A stretch of DNA of 63,363 bases, filler included, from Hyphochytrium catenoides (taxonomy: Eukaryota > Protista > Hyphochytriomycota), in NCBI GenBank assembly GCA_900088475.1. It is 8 parts of 8 records of this genome, joined end to end, with 100 filler letters (N's around TTAATTAATTAA, not from the genome) between each part and the next. Parts side by side here need not be neighbours in the genome. Positions count along the whole stretch, not along the records: positions 49,966 to 52,230 come from FLMG01001429.1; positions 52,331 to 58,462 come from FLMG01000626.1; positions 58,563 to 60,046 come from FLMG01000771.1; positions 60,147 to 63,363 come from FLMG01002370.1; 4 more parts are not named here. One strand, written 5' to 3'. Every line of letters begins with the position of its first letter. Position 1 is the stretch's first letter. Shown here one piece after another: positions 51,542 to 60,169 of the stretch. Made by a program: the position numbers and the translations under genes. The notes under the pieces are model-generated. The model was not told the origin of the DNA and did no database searches. It worked only from the letters and a program-made list of their open reading frames with translations.

Positions 51542-52230
51542 CTATACTACCTGGTAGCGGAGCTGTAGTAAGGTGCTCCTCACCTTGACAACACGCATAA
51601 CCTTCCTCCCAGTCTGCCGTTGTTTCTTCTTCTGTGTCTGCTGCGCCAGCCCTTCCAAGGCCGGAGCGGCTCCATTCTCAACTGCCAAGGGCACAACCTT
51701 CCCAGCGTGTCCTTGGTCCCTTAGCTGCAGCGCCGGCCCTTCCGGGGCCGGAGCAGCTACTTCCTCCACCTCGTCTTCCGGCGTGATCGATCCTTCGGAG
51801 ACTAGAGTCACGCCCTCTCCGTCTCCAGGCCGTTTCCCACAGCGTTTTTGACTTGGTTCTTAGGGCAGTCCGACTTGAAATGCCCATATTTCTTATAAAT
51901 GAAGCAGTGCACCTCCGCTAACGGAGTAGCACTTGTGGCCTTCATGACACCGCTAGGAGCAGTGTGAGGCTTAGGACGCGATGGTCCGTTGGCTTCCTGC
52001 CTTGGACAGTGGTGTGGTGGGCGCGAGGGCCGCTGCCCACGGCCCTTGCCTGCCCCGGGCTTCTGCCTTTTCGGGCACTGCTTCCAGCTATGAGCATTGG
52101 TAGCGCACTTCCTACATTTGTAGGTGGTTATAGGGTCCCCCTCTTTCCTCTCCTGTGCCGCGAAGGACACGTTCTTTTGTTGCTAAAAGCAATTCGATAT
52201 TTCGCCCGCAACTCCGTGGCCAGGGCCTCG
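51542..52230 (-). mobile_element. Degenerate retrotransposon gag-like remnant with two CCHC zinc knuckles
   Basis: CRKCATNAHSWKQC is an intact CX2CX4HX4C. CFIYKKYGHFKSDC is the same motif with the second Cys changed to Tyr. The frame breaks at both ends and no protease or RT motif follows. Confidence 0.6.
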
Positions 52231-52330
52231 NNNNNNNNNNNNNNNNNNNNNNNNNNNNNNNNNNNNNNNNNNNNTTAATTAATTAANNNNNNNNNNNNNN
52301 NNNNNNNNNNNNNNNNNNNNNNNNNNNNNN
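52231..52330. other. Artificial contig spacer
   Basis: 44N-TTAATTAATTAA-44N. Confidence 0.97.
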
Positions 52331-52558
52331 CTTCTCGTCTCTCCTCCATTTTCTGATGACCTTCTGCGGAGGAAACAATGCTTGGTATTGGATATCTGAA
52401 AGGAAGAGGAGATAGCATACACTAAGAGATAAGAGACCAGCGAGAGGTTTACATTTTCCTCTCTCTCTCTCTTTCGTTTGCTTTTCTCTCTCTCTCTCTT
52501 TTTTGGGGAGTCTTTAAGAGCTAGCGCCTTCTCTCTCTCTCTCTCTCTCTTTAGAACA

Positions 52559-55500
52559 ATGAGCAAGCGAGGAAGCTGTCACCCGTCGCCGCGGCATCTC
52601 GATAAACCCAAAAGACAGCTCAAGGCCGCTGCTTGTCTTTTCCCTGCTCCGTCGTCACTACTCTTTTTTCTCGTCTCTTGTCTTCTCTTCTGTCTCTCTT
52701 CTCTCCTCGCAGTGTCAGAAGCAGCCGCAAGTATGGAGAAGAAAGAAGAAGAGACAGAGCATCACATCTCAAGATCACTTGTCTCCTTTCTCTCTTCGTC
52801 TCTCTCCTCTATCCACCAGAGCTTCGCCTCTTCCGCAGGCACAATTAACACTGCTCATCGGCTGCTCAGGAGCGCGGCAGAAGAAGAGACTCTGATGGTC
52901 AATAGCGCCAGCCGCGCGGCGCTATTCCAAAAGGCTCCAGCGCTGAAAGATGACTATTCTTTCCTTCTTCTGGTCGTGACGAGTGTCTCTGACGCCGTCA
53001 TCTCTCTCTGCTACTTCGCCATCCCGCTGCAGATCTTCTACTTCCAACGGAGCCTCACACTGGCGCCGCGGTTCAAGCAGGTCCTTGCGCTCTTTGAGCT
53101 CTTCACCACGTGCTGCGGCGTCACTCACCTGGCCGCTGTCTGGCACCCGTGGACCAGCCCTAACCTTCTCATGGCTGGGCTAAAGGTTGGCACGGCGCTT
53201 ATCTCTCTCTTCACAGCCGTGGTGATGATGCAAGTCATCCCAGAGGTACTCACCTTACCCGCGCAGGCTGGCCGGTTAGAGGCCGAGCTCGGCATCCGCA
53301 TCCAGAAAGAGAACAGACTTAAAGAGGCAAATGACATGCTCATGAGGTTCCGCAGTGTGACCCAGCACATCCGCAGCCGTCTGGATATCAAGAAGATCTG
53401 TGAGGCCACGGCATTGGAGCTTTCGTCGGTGCTAGAAGAGGCCGACGGGGTGGCGATCCTGCTACCAGATGAGGAGGATCAGCGGTACGTCTGTCTGGCT
53501 GAACGGCTAAATAAAGACAGAGCTTTCAGTTGGAAGAAAGTGGAGATCAACATGCGCTCTCCGCTTCTAGAGCAAGTCTCTCTCACGAAGAATAAGGTGA
53601 TTAGTCTCTTAGAAGAAGATCTTGAAAGCATGGCTATTCCTCGCTCTGTGGGCTCTCAAGCGGGGACCTTCTCTTGCCGCTCCGGACTGCTGGTAGGCTT
53701 TTCCATAGACGGGAGACGGCATCCAGGGCTGGTTCTGATATGTACGAAGGAGCAATGGTGGTCGCTCCCGCAGGCAGAAATAGAGTTTCTGGGAGATGTG
53801 GTGCATCAGGTGGAGATTGTTCTAAGTCAGACGCTGCAGATTGAGCGAGAGAAGCAGCGGATGCAGGAGCTGTCGCTGCAGCAAAAGAGGAATTACGAGC
53901 TGGACAGAGCCAAGCAAATGGCGGAGATGGAGACGAAGCTTGCGAATGAGTTCTTGGCGTCCATGTCTCACGAAATCCGTACACCTATGAACGCCATCAT
54001 TGGCTTTGTGACGTACATGCTGCAGACAGCCGAGACCGACTCAGACCAACGGGAGATCTTGGAGACCATCGCCGCTAGCTCACAGACACTTTTAGGCATT
54101 CTCAATGACATCCTTGACTTCTCTAAGGTGGAGAGTGGGAAGCTAGTGCTGAACAACGAGGAGTTTGCCATCCGCCACTCGGTTGAGAATGCTCTCCATC
54201 TCATGTCGAGCAACGCTGACACCAAGGGCCTGCATCTGAACTATTTGCTCTCAGAGGAGGTCCCAGAGGTCGTCATAGGAGACCCAGGCAGGCTGCAGCA
54301 GGTCATAATGAACCTTTTGAGCAACGCCATCAAGTTCACATCTCGCGGCGAGGTTTACATCGTTGTCACCATGGAAAGCTCTGTCCCTGCCTCGAAGAAG
54401 CTGACCAGCAGCCCACGCTTTAGTGAGTACGTCGCGCGTAAGGCGAATCCCCCTTCAGACACCAGTGGGAGCGTGGAAGTGTACTTCCATGTCGTTGATA
54501 GTGGCATTGGCATTCCAGCGGACAGGCTGAGGCTTCTTTTCCAGCGCTTCAAGCAGTTGGACTCTTCTTTGACGAGGAGGTATGGCGGGACAGGCCTGGG
54601 GCTAGCTATCTCTGCTAAACTTGTAGAGATGTACCACGGAGGCATCAAGGTCCTGAGCGCAGAGGGCGAAGGGTCTATGTTTACCTTCAGCATGAGGTTC
54701 CAGACGGCAACAACGCATGTGCCGACGCCAACACATCGCCATGGCAACGTAAGACTTCCCTCTCACCTAGCTGTAGCTGTCATTTCTAGCTGGCCAACGA
54801 CCTGCCAGTCTCTCCAGCAGATGATTCAGAGCTCTGGGCTTATGGCCAGCTCTTTCTCATCTTGCACGGCGGCGCTCAAGTCTTCTAAGGAAGAGGGTAC
54901 GGCTTGGGGAGCCTTGGTGGTGGATAACGATTGTCTCTCCTATTTTTCCTCCTCTTCACCAGAGTCAGAGCAAGCAGAAGCAGCTCTAGAGATCCTAGCC
55001 GCTAGCTGTCCCGTGCTTTTGCTAGTGAGACCAAGCTTGGCTCCGCAGCAGCCACCACGCGCCGCCAAGTATCTCAGTCATGTCCTGCACAAGCCTTGTA
55101 AGAAGGACACGCTCCTGCACCACCTGCAGGACCTTCTCTCGCCAGAGACAGCAAGAGGAAGACGACGTCCCAACGTGAGCACCATCCTCACCTCGCCTAA
55201 GAGTGACTTCCAGGACTTATCGGTTCTCATCGTGGACGACAATGCGGTCAATAGAAAGGTGATACAACGTCTATTGGAGCCGTTAGGTGTGAAGGACGTG
55301 GATCAAGCTGAGAACGGCTATCAAGCGGTTTTCGCTGTCCATAAGAAGCGCTATGATGTCGTCTTTATGGATGTCGCTATGCCAGAGTTGGACGGCTGCT
55401 CTGCGACAAGGATGATCATCGCTGGGACAACCGTTGGAAGCATGGACAATAACAGAGATAACGATGATGATGGAGAGGTAGACAACAGAAGAAGAGATGA

Positions 55501-55696
55501 GGACGATGAAGACGCTGTAGAAGAAGAGCGCCGTGATGACGGCCCGCCTTGGATCATTGCCATGACAGCCAGTACAATGTTAGAAGAGCGGAGACAGTGT
55601 TACGAGGCAGGCATGAACGACTTTTTGCCCAAGCCGATCACTCCTAAGGAGTTGGCGGCAGTTTTGCAGACCTATGTCGATAGATGTAGACAATAA
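52559..55696 (+). CDS. Ethylene-receptor-like hybrid histidine kinase (ethylene-binding TM domain, GAF, HisKA, HATPase, degenerate receiver, receiver), intronless
   Basis: First ATG at 52559 in the 1072-codon ORF. TM domain SDAVISLCYFAIP...LFELFTTCCGVTHL...LKVGTALIS...VIPEVL matches ETR1 SDFFIAIAYFSIP...FGAFIVLCGATHL...AKVLTAVVS...IIPDLL. H-box FLASMSHEIRTPMNAIIG; N-box NLLSNAIKFT; G1 DSGIGI; G2 GGTGLGLAIS; receiver IVDDN...FMDVAMP...FLPKP. Confidence 0.93.
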   Translation: MSKRGSCHPSPRHLDKPKRQLKAAACLFPAPSSLLFFLVSCLLFCLSSLLAVSEAAASMEKKEEETEHHISRSLVSFLSSSLSSIHQSFASSAGTINTAHRLLRSAAEEETLMVNSASRAALFQKAPALKDDYSFLLLVVTSVSDAVISLCYFAIPLQIFYFQRSLTLAPRFKQVLALFELFTTCCGVTHLAAVWHPWTSPNLLMAGLKVGTALISLFTAVVMMQVIPEVLTLPAQAGRLEAELGIRIQKENRLKEANDMLMRFRSVTQHIRSRLDIKKICEATALELSSVLEEADGVAILLPDEEDQRYVCLAERLNKDRAFSWKKVEINMRSPLLEQVSLTKNKVISLLEEDLESMAIPRSVGSQAGTFSCRSGLLVGFSIDGRRHPGLVLICTKEQWWSLPQAEIEFLGDVVHQVEIVLSQTLQIEREKQRMQELSLQQKRNYELDRAKQMAEMETKLANEFLASMSHEIRTPMNAIIGFVTYMLQTAETDSDQREILETIAASSQTLLGILNDILDFSKVESGKLVLNNEEFAIRHSVENALHLMSSNADTKGLHLNYLLSEEVPEVVIGDPGRLQQVIMNLLSNAIKFTSRGEVYIVVTMESSVPASKKLTSSPRFSEYVARKANPPSDTSGSVEVYFHVVDSGIGIPADRLRLLFQRFKQLDSSLTRRYGGTGLGLAISAKLVEMYHGGIKVLSAEGEGSMFTFSMRFQTATTHVPTPTHRHGNVRLPSHLAVAVISSWPTTCQSLQQMIQSSGLMASSFSSCTAALKSSKEEGTAWGALVVDNDCLSYFSSSSPESEQAEAALEILAASCPVLLLVRPSLAPQQPPRAAKYLSHVLHKPCKKDTLLHHLQDLLSPETARGRRRPNVSTILTSPKSDFQDLSVLIVDDNAVNRKVIQRLLEPLGVKDVDQAENGYQAVFAVHKKRYDVVFMDVAMPELDGCSATRMIIAGTTVGSMDNNRDNDDDGEVDNRRRDEDDEDAVEEERRDDGPPWIIAMTASTMLEERRQCYEAGMNDFLPKPITPKELAAVLQTYVDRCRQ

Positions 55697-56849
55697 AGAA
55701 TGACAGCGGCCTTGTCCCTCATGATTGCTAGCTACTGCTGATGAATGACTGGAAAGGAGGAGAAGAGCAACAGCAGACGATAGCGCATACATGTTAGTCA
55801 CTTCTTTCTTCTCTTGCTCTTTGTCTCTTTTTTGTTTGTCTCTCTAGTCAAAGTGACATCGGCGTCCGTGCGCCTCGTGGTGGATGATGATGAAGCTTAA
55901 TAATAAGGTGAGCCTTTGCAGGTGACGGCCTTCCGTTTGCCTTGAAGAAAGGCGCCGGTCCAAGGAGAGGAAGAGGTCAATGTATCCATTGCTCAAGGGC
56001 CAAAGGCGAGGCCAGCAGCCCTGTACATTCTTAGGTGATGAGGTGCCGTGCGATTGGGTCTCTTGACTCCTTGTGGACGCGATGGCAAACGCAGTTCAGA
56101 GACGAGGAGAGCTAAGTAAGGCCAGCCCTCAGGGCCTGCCGCGGAAAGCACGATCTAGTCATTATATTCAGTCTATTAGCAAACTGCTTGACGCTGCTCT
56201 TTGGGCGGCTTTCTTGGAGGCTTCCCGTCAAAGATCGTGGACTCTTGCTTGAGCAGCTGGGGCTCCACACGGTGGCAGGCCTTGGATGCCTTAGCTCAAG
56301 TTCGAGTGCTGCACCTCGGAGACCGTCTCTCATCAGCAGCAGCTGGCAGACTTCAGGCAGTGCAAGAGGCAAGGGAACCTACTCGAGAGATGCAGATGCA
56401 AAGGCCGGCAAAGGACGATCTGTCTCTTCCAGTCTCTCTCTCTCTTGCCTTCCTCTTCAGCTACTCTCGACTGACCGCCTCAGGGCCGCTTTCCTCCTTA
56501 TCCTGCCCCAAAGAAAAGAAAAGCCCCATTGTTCTCTGTCAGCAAACTGCAAAATGTTTTCCTCTTCTTCTGGCGTCTGGGATCTGCTGGCCGTTGAGAG
56601 AAAGAGCTCCGTTCTGTTAGCTTCTGCCGTCTTTCTTCTTCTTCATGTTTCGCTCTCTCGTCTTCTGGCCTGGTCTTCGTGGCCCTTAAAGCGTGGTGGT
56701 AGGAAACCGAAGAGAGAGAGAGACGTGGGAAGGAGAGAAGGAAGTCAGGTCTGTCAGTTACCACGTAGTCTCTCTATCTCACTTTTTAGCTCCATCCGCA
56801 GTAGCGCGCGGGGCAGGGAATGAAAGGGAAGCAAAAAATGTTCTACATC

Positions 56850-57540
56850 ACCCTCCTCTCACTCTCCCTCTCTGTCTCTCTCTCTCTCGGTCTCTCTTTC
56901 TCTGCCTCTCTCTGTCACTCTCTCTCTGTCACTCTCTCTCTGTCACTCTCTCTTTATCACTCTCTCTCTGTCACTCTCTCTTTGTCACTCTCTCTCTGTC
57001 TCTGTCTCTGTCTTTCATTTACTCTCTCTCGGCATCTCTCTGTGCCTCTCTCTCTTTCTCTCTTTCTCTCTCTCTCCCTATCTATCTCTCTATCTCTCTC
57101 CCTCTCTCTCTCTCTCCCTCTCCCCTGTCTCTCTCTCTTTCTCAGATACAGCTGAGAGGGATTGAGCTATTAGCCTCTCCTGTCTGACGATGGGCAGCCC
57201 TATGCAAACGCCTCAATTAGCCGGACAACGGGCAAGTGCCGACTGTTGATCAATAGCTGGGACCTGCCCTTCCGTCATTAGGACAGAGCATGGTCCAGCG
57301 CTCGTGACCGGAGAGAGAGAAAAGTAGAGAGAGAAGACGACACAACCATGGAACGGGGAAAGAAGAGGTGGAAAGCCAGACAGCAGCGAGCACAGGGAGA
57401 GAGAGAGACAGAACAGTAACAAGAAGGCAATTAGTTATCAAGAGAAAGAAGAGAGACGAGAGAGAGAAAAAGAGAGACGAGAGAGACAAAAGGAGAGGAG
57501 AGAGAGAGAGGGAGCGAGGAAGAGAGAAAGCGAAAAGGGA

Positions 57541-57586
<46 letters not shown>

Positions 57587-57645
57587 GGAGAGAGGAAGGG
57601 CGAGAAAGAGTGAAGAGAGAGAGAAAAGAGAGAGAGGAGCCGTTA
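56850..57645. repeat. (CT)n block and (GA)n block facing each other around a ~250-nt unique core
   Basis: CT-rich 56850-57145 (with repeated ctctgtcactct units); GA-rich 57390-57640. Confidence 0.85.
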
Positions 57646-58057
57646 CACGTCTCTTCCCCTCCCAACTCCCACCTCAAAGATGTAACGGTCCATTTGTTTT
57701 GTACAGATTCTCGATCGAGTGAAGCCCATCACAAAAGCGGGTCTAATTGCGAAATACATCCTTGACTTCCGGAGGATTCGGAATAAAGGTCTTAAATATC
57801 TTGGAAAGGAGAGGATAGTTGTGGACAGTAGGGCATTGTCTGTGATCTTTTTATAACTTCTACTGTAGAGAGAGAGATGGGGGAGAGAGAGAGAGAGANN
57901 NNNNNNNNNNNNNNNNNNNNNNNNNNNNNNNNNNNNNNNNNNNNNNNNNNNNNNNNNNNNNNNNNNNNNNNCAAGAGACTGGCGTCGGCAAAGAAAAAAG
58001 ATGAAGAGGAAGCTCGAAGATCCAGCCAAGCCCGTTGCACAGTTTCTCTCTCTCCTA

Positions 58058-58090
<33 letters not shown>

Positions 58091-58462
58091 ATATAACCCA
58101 CCACTATGCTGCCCTCACTCCTACACCAAGCCGCCAGCTCCATGTCTTCCTGGCGTTAGGTACTGGGCATGCAAACGCTTTCTCTTCCCTCCTTGTGTTG
58201 GGATGGGAGTCCAGTGCCCCTTAGAGGCAGCACCGCCTCAGCTGCGACTCCTCTTTATAAAACTTCTCCTCTGCTGCTGTCAACCCTCAAGTCTCCTTTC
58301 TCTTTCTCTCTGTCTCTCTCTCTCTCTTTGTTATGGGGAAGAAGCACTATCTCGAGGAGAGGAGGAGCGTGGTGGAAAGAGGAACAAAGAAAAAGGACGG
58401 ATCCAAGAAATTATAGCACCTCTTTAACTCTCTCTCTCTTCTCTCTCTCTCTCTCTCTCCCT

Positions 58463-58562
58463 NNNNNNNNNNNNNNNNNNNNNNNNNNNNNNNNNNNNNN
58501 NNNNNNTTAATTAATTAANNNNNNNNNNNNNNNNNNNNNNNNNNNNNNNNNNNNNNNNNNNN
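58463..58562. other. Artificial contig spacer
   Basis: 44N-TTAATTAATTAA-44N. Confidence 0.97.
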
Positions 58563-60046
58563 TAAAGATTTACTACTGCCGCTATAAATAGGAGTCTGCA
58601 GGTGAGAAGAATTGACACGAAGTCTGGTCAGTCCGCTATACCTGACTATGATTCCTTTGCAGAGGAAGTGCGAGCAACAGAAACAGAGGACAAGCGAGAG
58701 AGGGAAGCTAAAAGCTTAGACAACAAGTATGAGGGAGGAAAAAGAACTACAAAAGGACAAGTGAGAGAGGGAAGCTAAGCGCATAGACAACAAGTATGTG
58801 GGAGGAAAAAGAACTACAAGACATGAGACAATAGCGATAAGAAAGTTGCTGACGAGTTGCCATATGCAAGAGAAGAGGCTACACAAATGTCATGTGACCG
58901 CCCTTTCCGTCTATTCAGACCTTGCAGGCCATGCAAGTGAACGTCTTCTGTGCAAACTTCATGATTCCGCCGGTAGAGACTAGCTTTCGCACCTTCAACG
59001 TATGATCCCCTAGGACAACACCACAGAACAGCGATGAGACAGCAAAGCCTTAAAGAGAGCATCGAAGATGCAATAAAGTAGACAGCTCTGAAGGCCGGAC
59101 TGCTCTAGAAGGTGCTCATCGAGCACCCTAATCATCACAACAGAGTGCACCTTGATAACCGCTGAAAGCGCTAAATGAGAATTGTAAAGAAAAGAGCAAG
59201 ATGAAGACTCTATGCAAAGAGCAATGTGGGGTTCGGACGGCGTCTTTCTACCTCTAAGAAGGCTTTCAGGATTCTTCAGGATAGGACCGAAGATTCGGAG
59301 TAAAGGTTTGGAGAGCTGGTTCTCCAGATAGTACTTGCAGTCAATCGGAAGATTGTTCTGAAGGACGTAAATAGGGTCTTCCGACTTCTCATATGCAGGA
59401 GCCCCTGTGCGACCACGGAATTTAAGTCTAGAACACGGTCTTCAAAAGGAAGGACGAAAGAAAGACACATGAGGGAAAGAACTGGGGCAGGACGGGAAAG
59501 AAGCGTCTTTCAGCTTTTGAGGGACCAGTTACAATTCAGGTGACTGGGGAGGCGTGAATGCCAAGGAAACGTCTGAGAAGCCGCAGGCGGAAGCTCTAAG
59601 GCAATCTCATCCCCTAATCGGGAGAAGAACTCACCCTTGCCCTTTTCAATTATGACATACGCCACACGCTCTCCAACCGCTGGAGCAGATCCAGGATCTC
59701 TAGCCTTCATTCTAGCTGCCAGCTCGACATGAGCCTGTAACATGTTCAAGCAGTCCACCCAGAGCACATCCACCAGAAATGAGGACGGAGGACGATCAGT
59801 CGCGAGATGGAGAGGCGTTCCCACCGAAAGATAGATTTGAAAGTAGGTGAGCGAGCGAGAGAAAGAAGATGAAACATAAGGAAACCAGGCAGCAAACGGT
59901 AATTGCACAGCCTTATGTATTCTATGGCTGTCGGAAAATATATAGCCGATGGAAACGTGACTGCCAGAGTTCTCAGAACACTAGTAATCTAGGATTTAGA
60001 TTGAGGGTACACTCATACCTGTTTACTGCTATAGTCATCCGCATCC
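58563..60046 (-). CDS. POLD1: DNA polymerase delta catalytic subunit, internal C-terminal fragment (5 exon pieces), cut at both contig ends
   Basis: Spliced DADDYSSKQ|[33 protein letters not shown]|[51 protein letters not shown]|[30 protein letters not shown]|[11 protein letters not shown]. This is the Pol delta thumb region plus the first CysA cysteines. Confidence 0.92.
58688..58820. repeat. Two-copy ~67-nt tandem repeat inside a POLD1 intron
   Basis: ggacaag(c/t)gagagagggaagctaa....tagacaacaagtatg(a/t)gggaggaaaaagaactacaa occurs twice head-to-tail. Confidence 0.85.
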
Positions 60047-60146
60047 NNNNNNNNNNNNNNNNNNNNNNNNNNNNNNNNNNNNNNNNNNNNTTAATTAATT
60101 AANNNNNNNNNNNNNNNNNNNNNNNNNNNNNNNNNNNNNNNNNNNN
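60047..60146. other. Artificial contig spacer
   Basis: 44N-TTAATTAATTAA-44N. Confidence 0.97.
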
Positions 60147-60169
60147 CAATAAAGACAGCCCCTACATCT

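Noticed and set aside
51542-55696. Ethylene receptor mobilised by the adjacent gag element
   Set aside because: An artificial spacer (52231-52330) separates them; adjacency is not real evidence.
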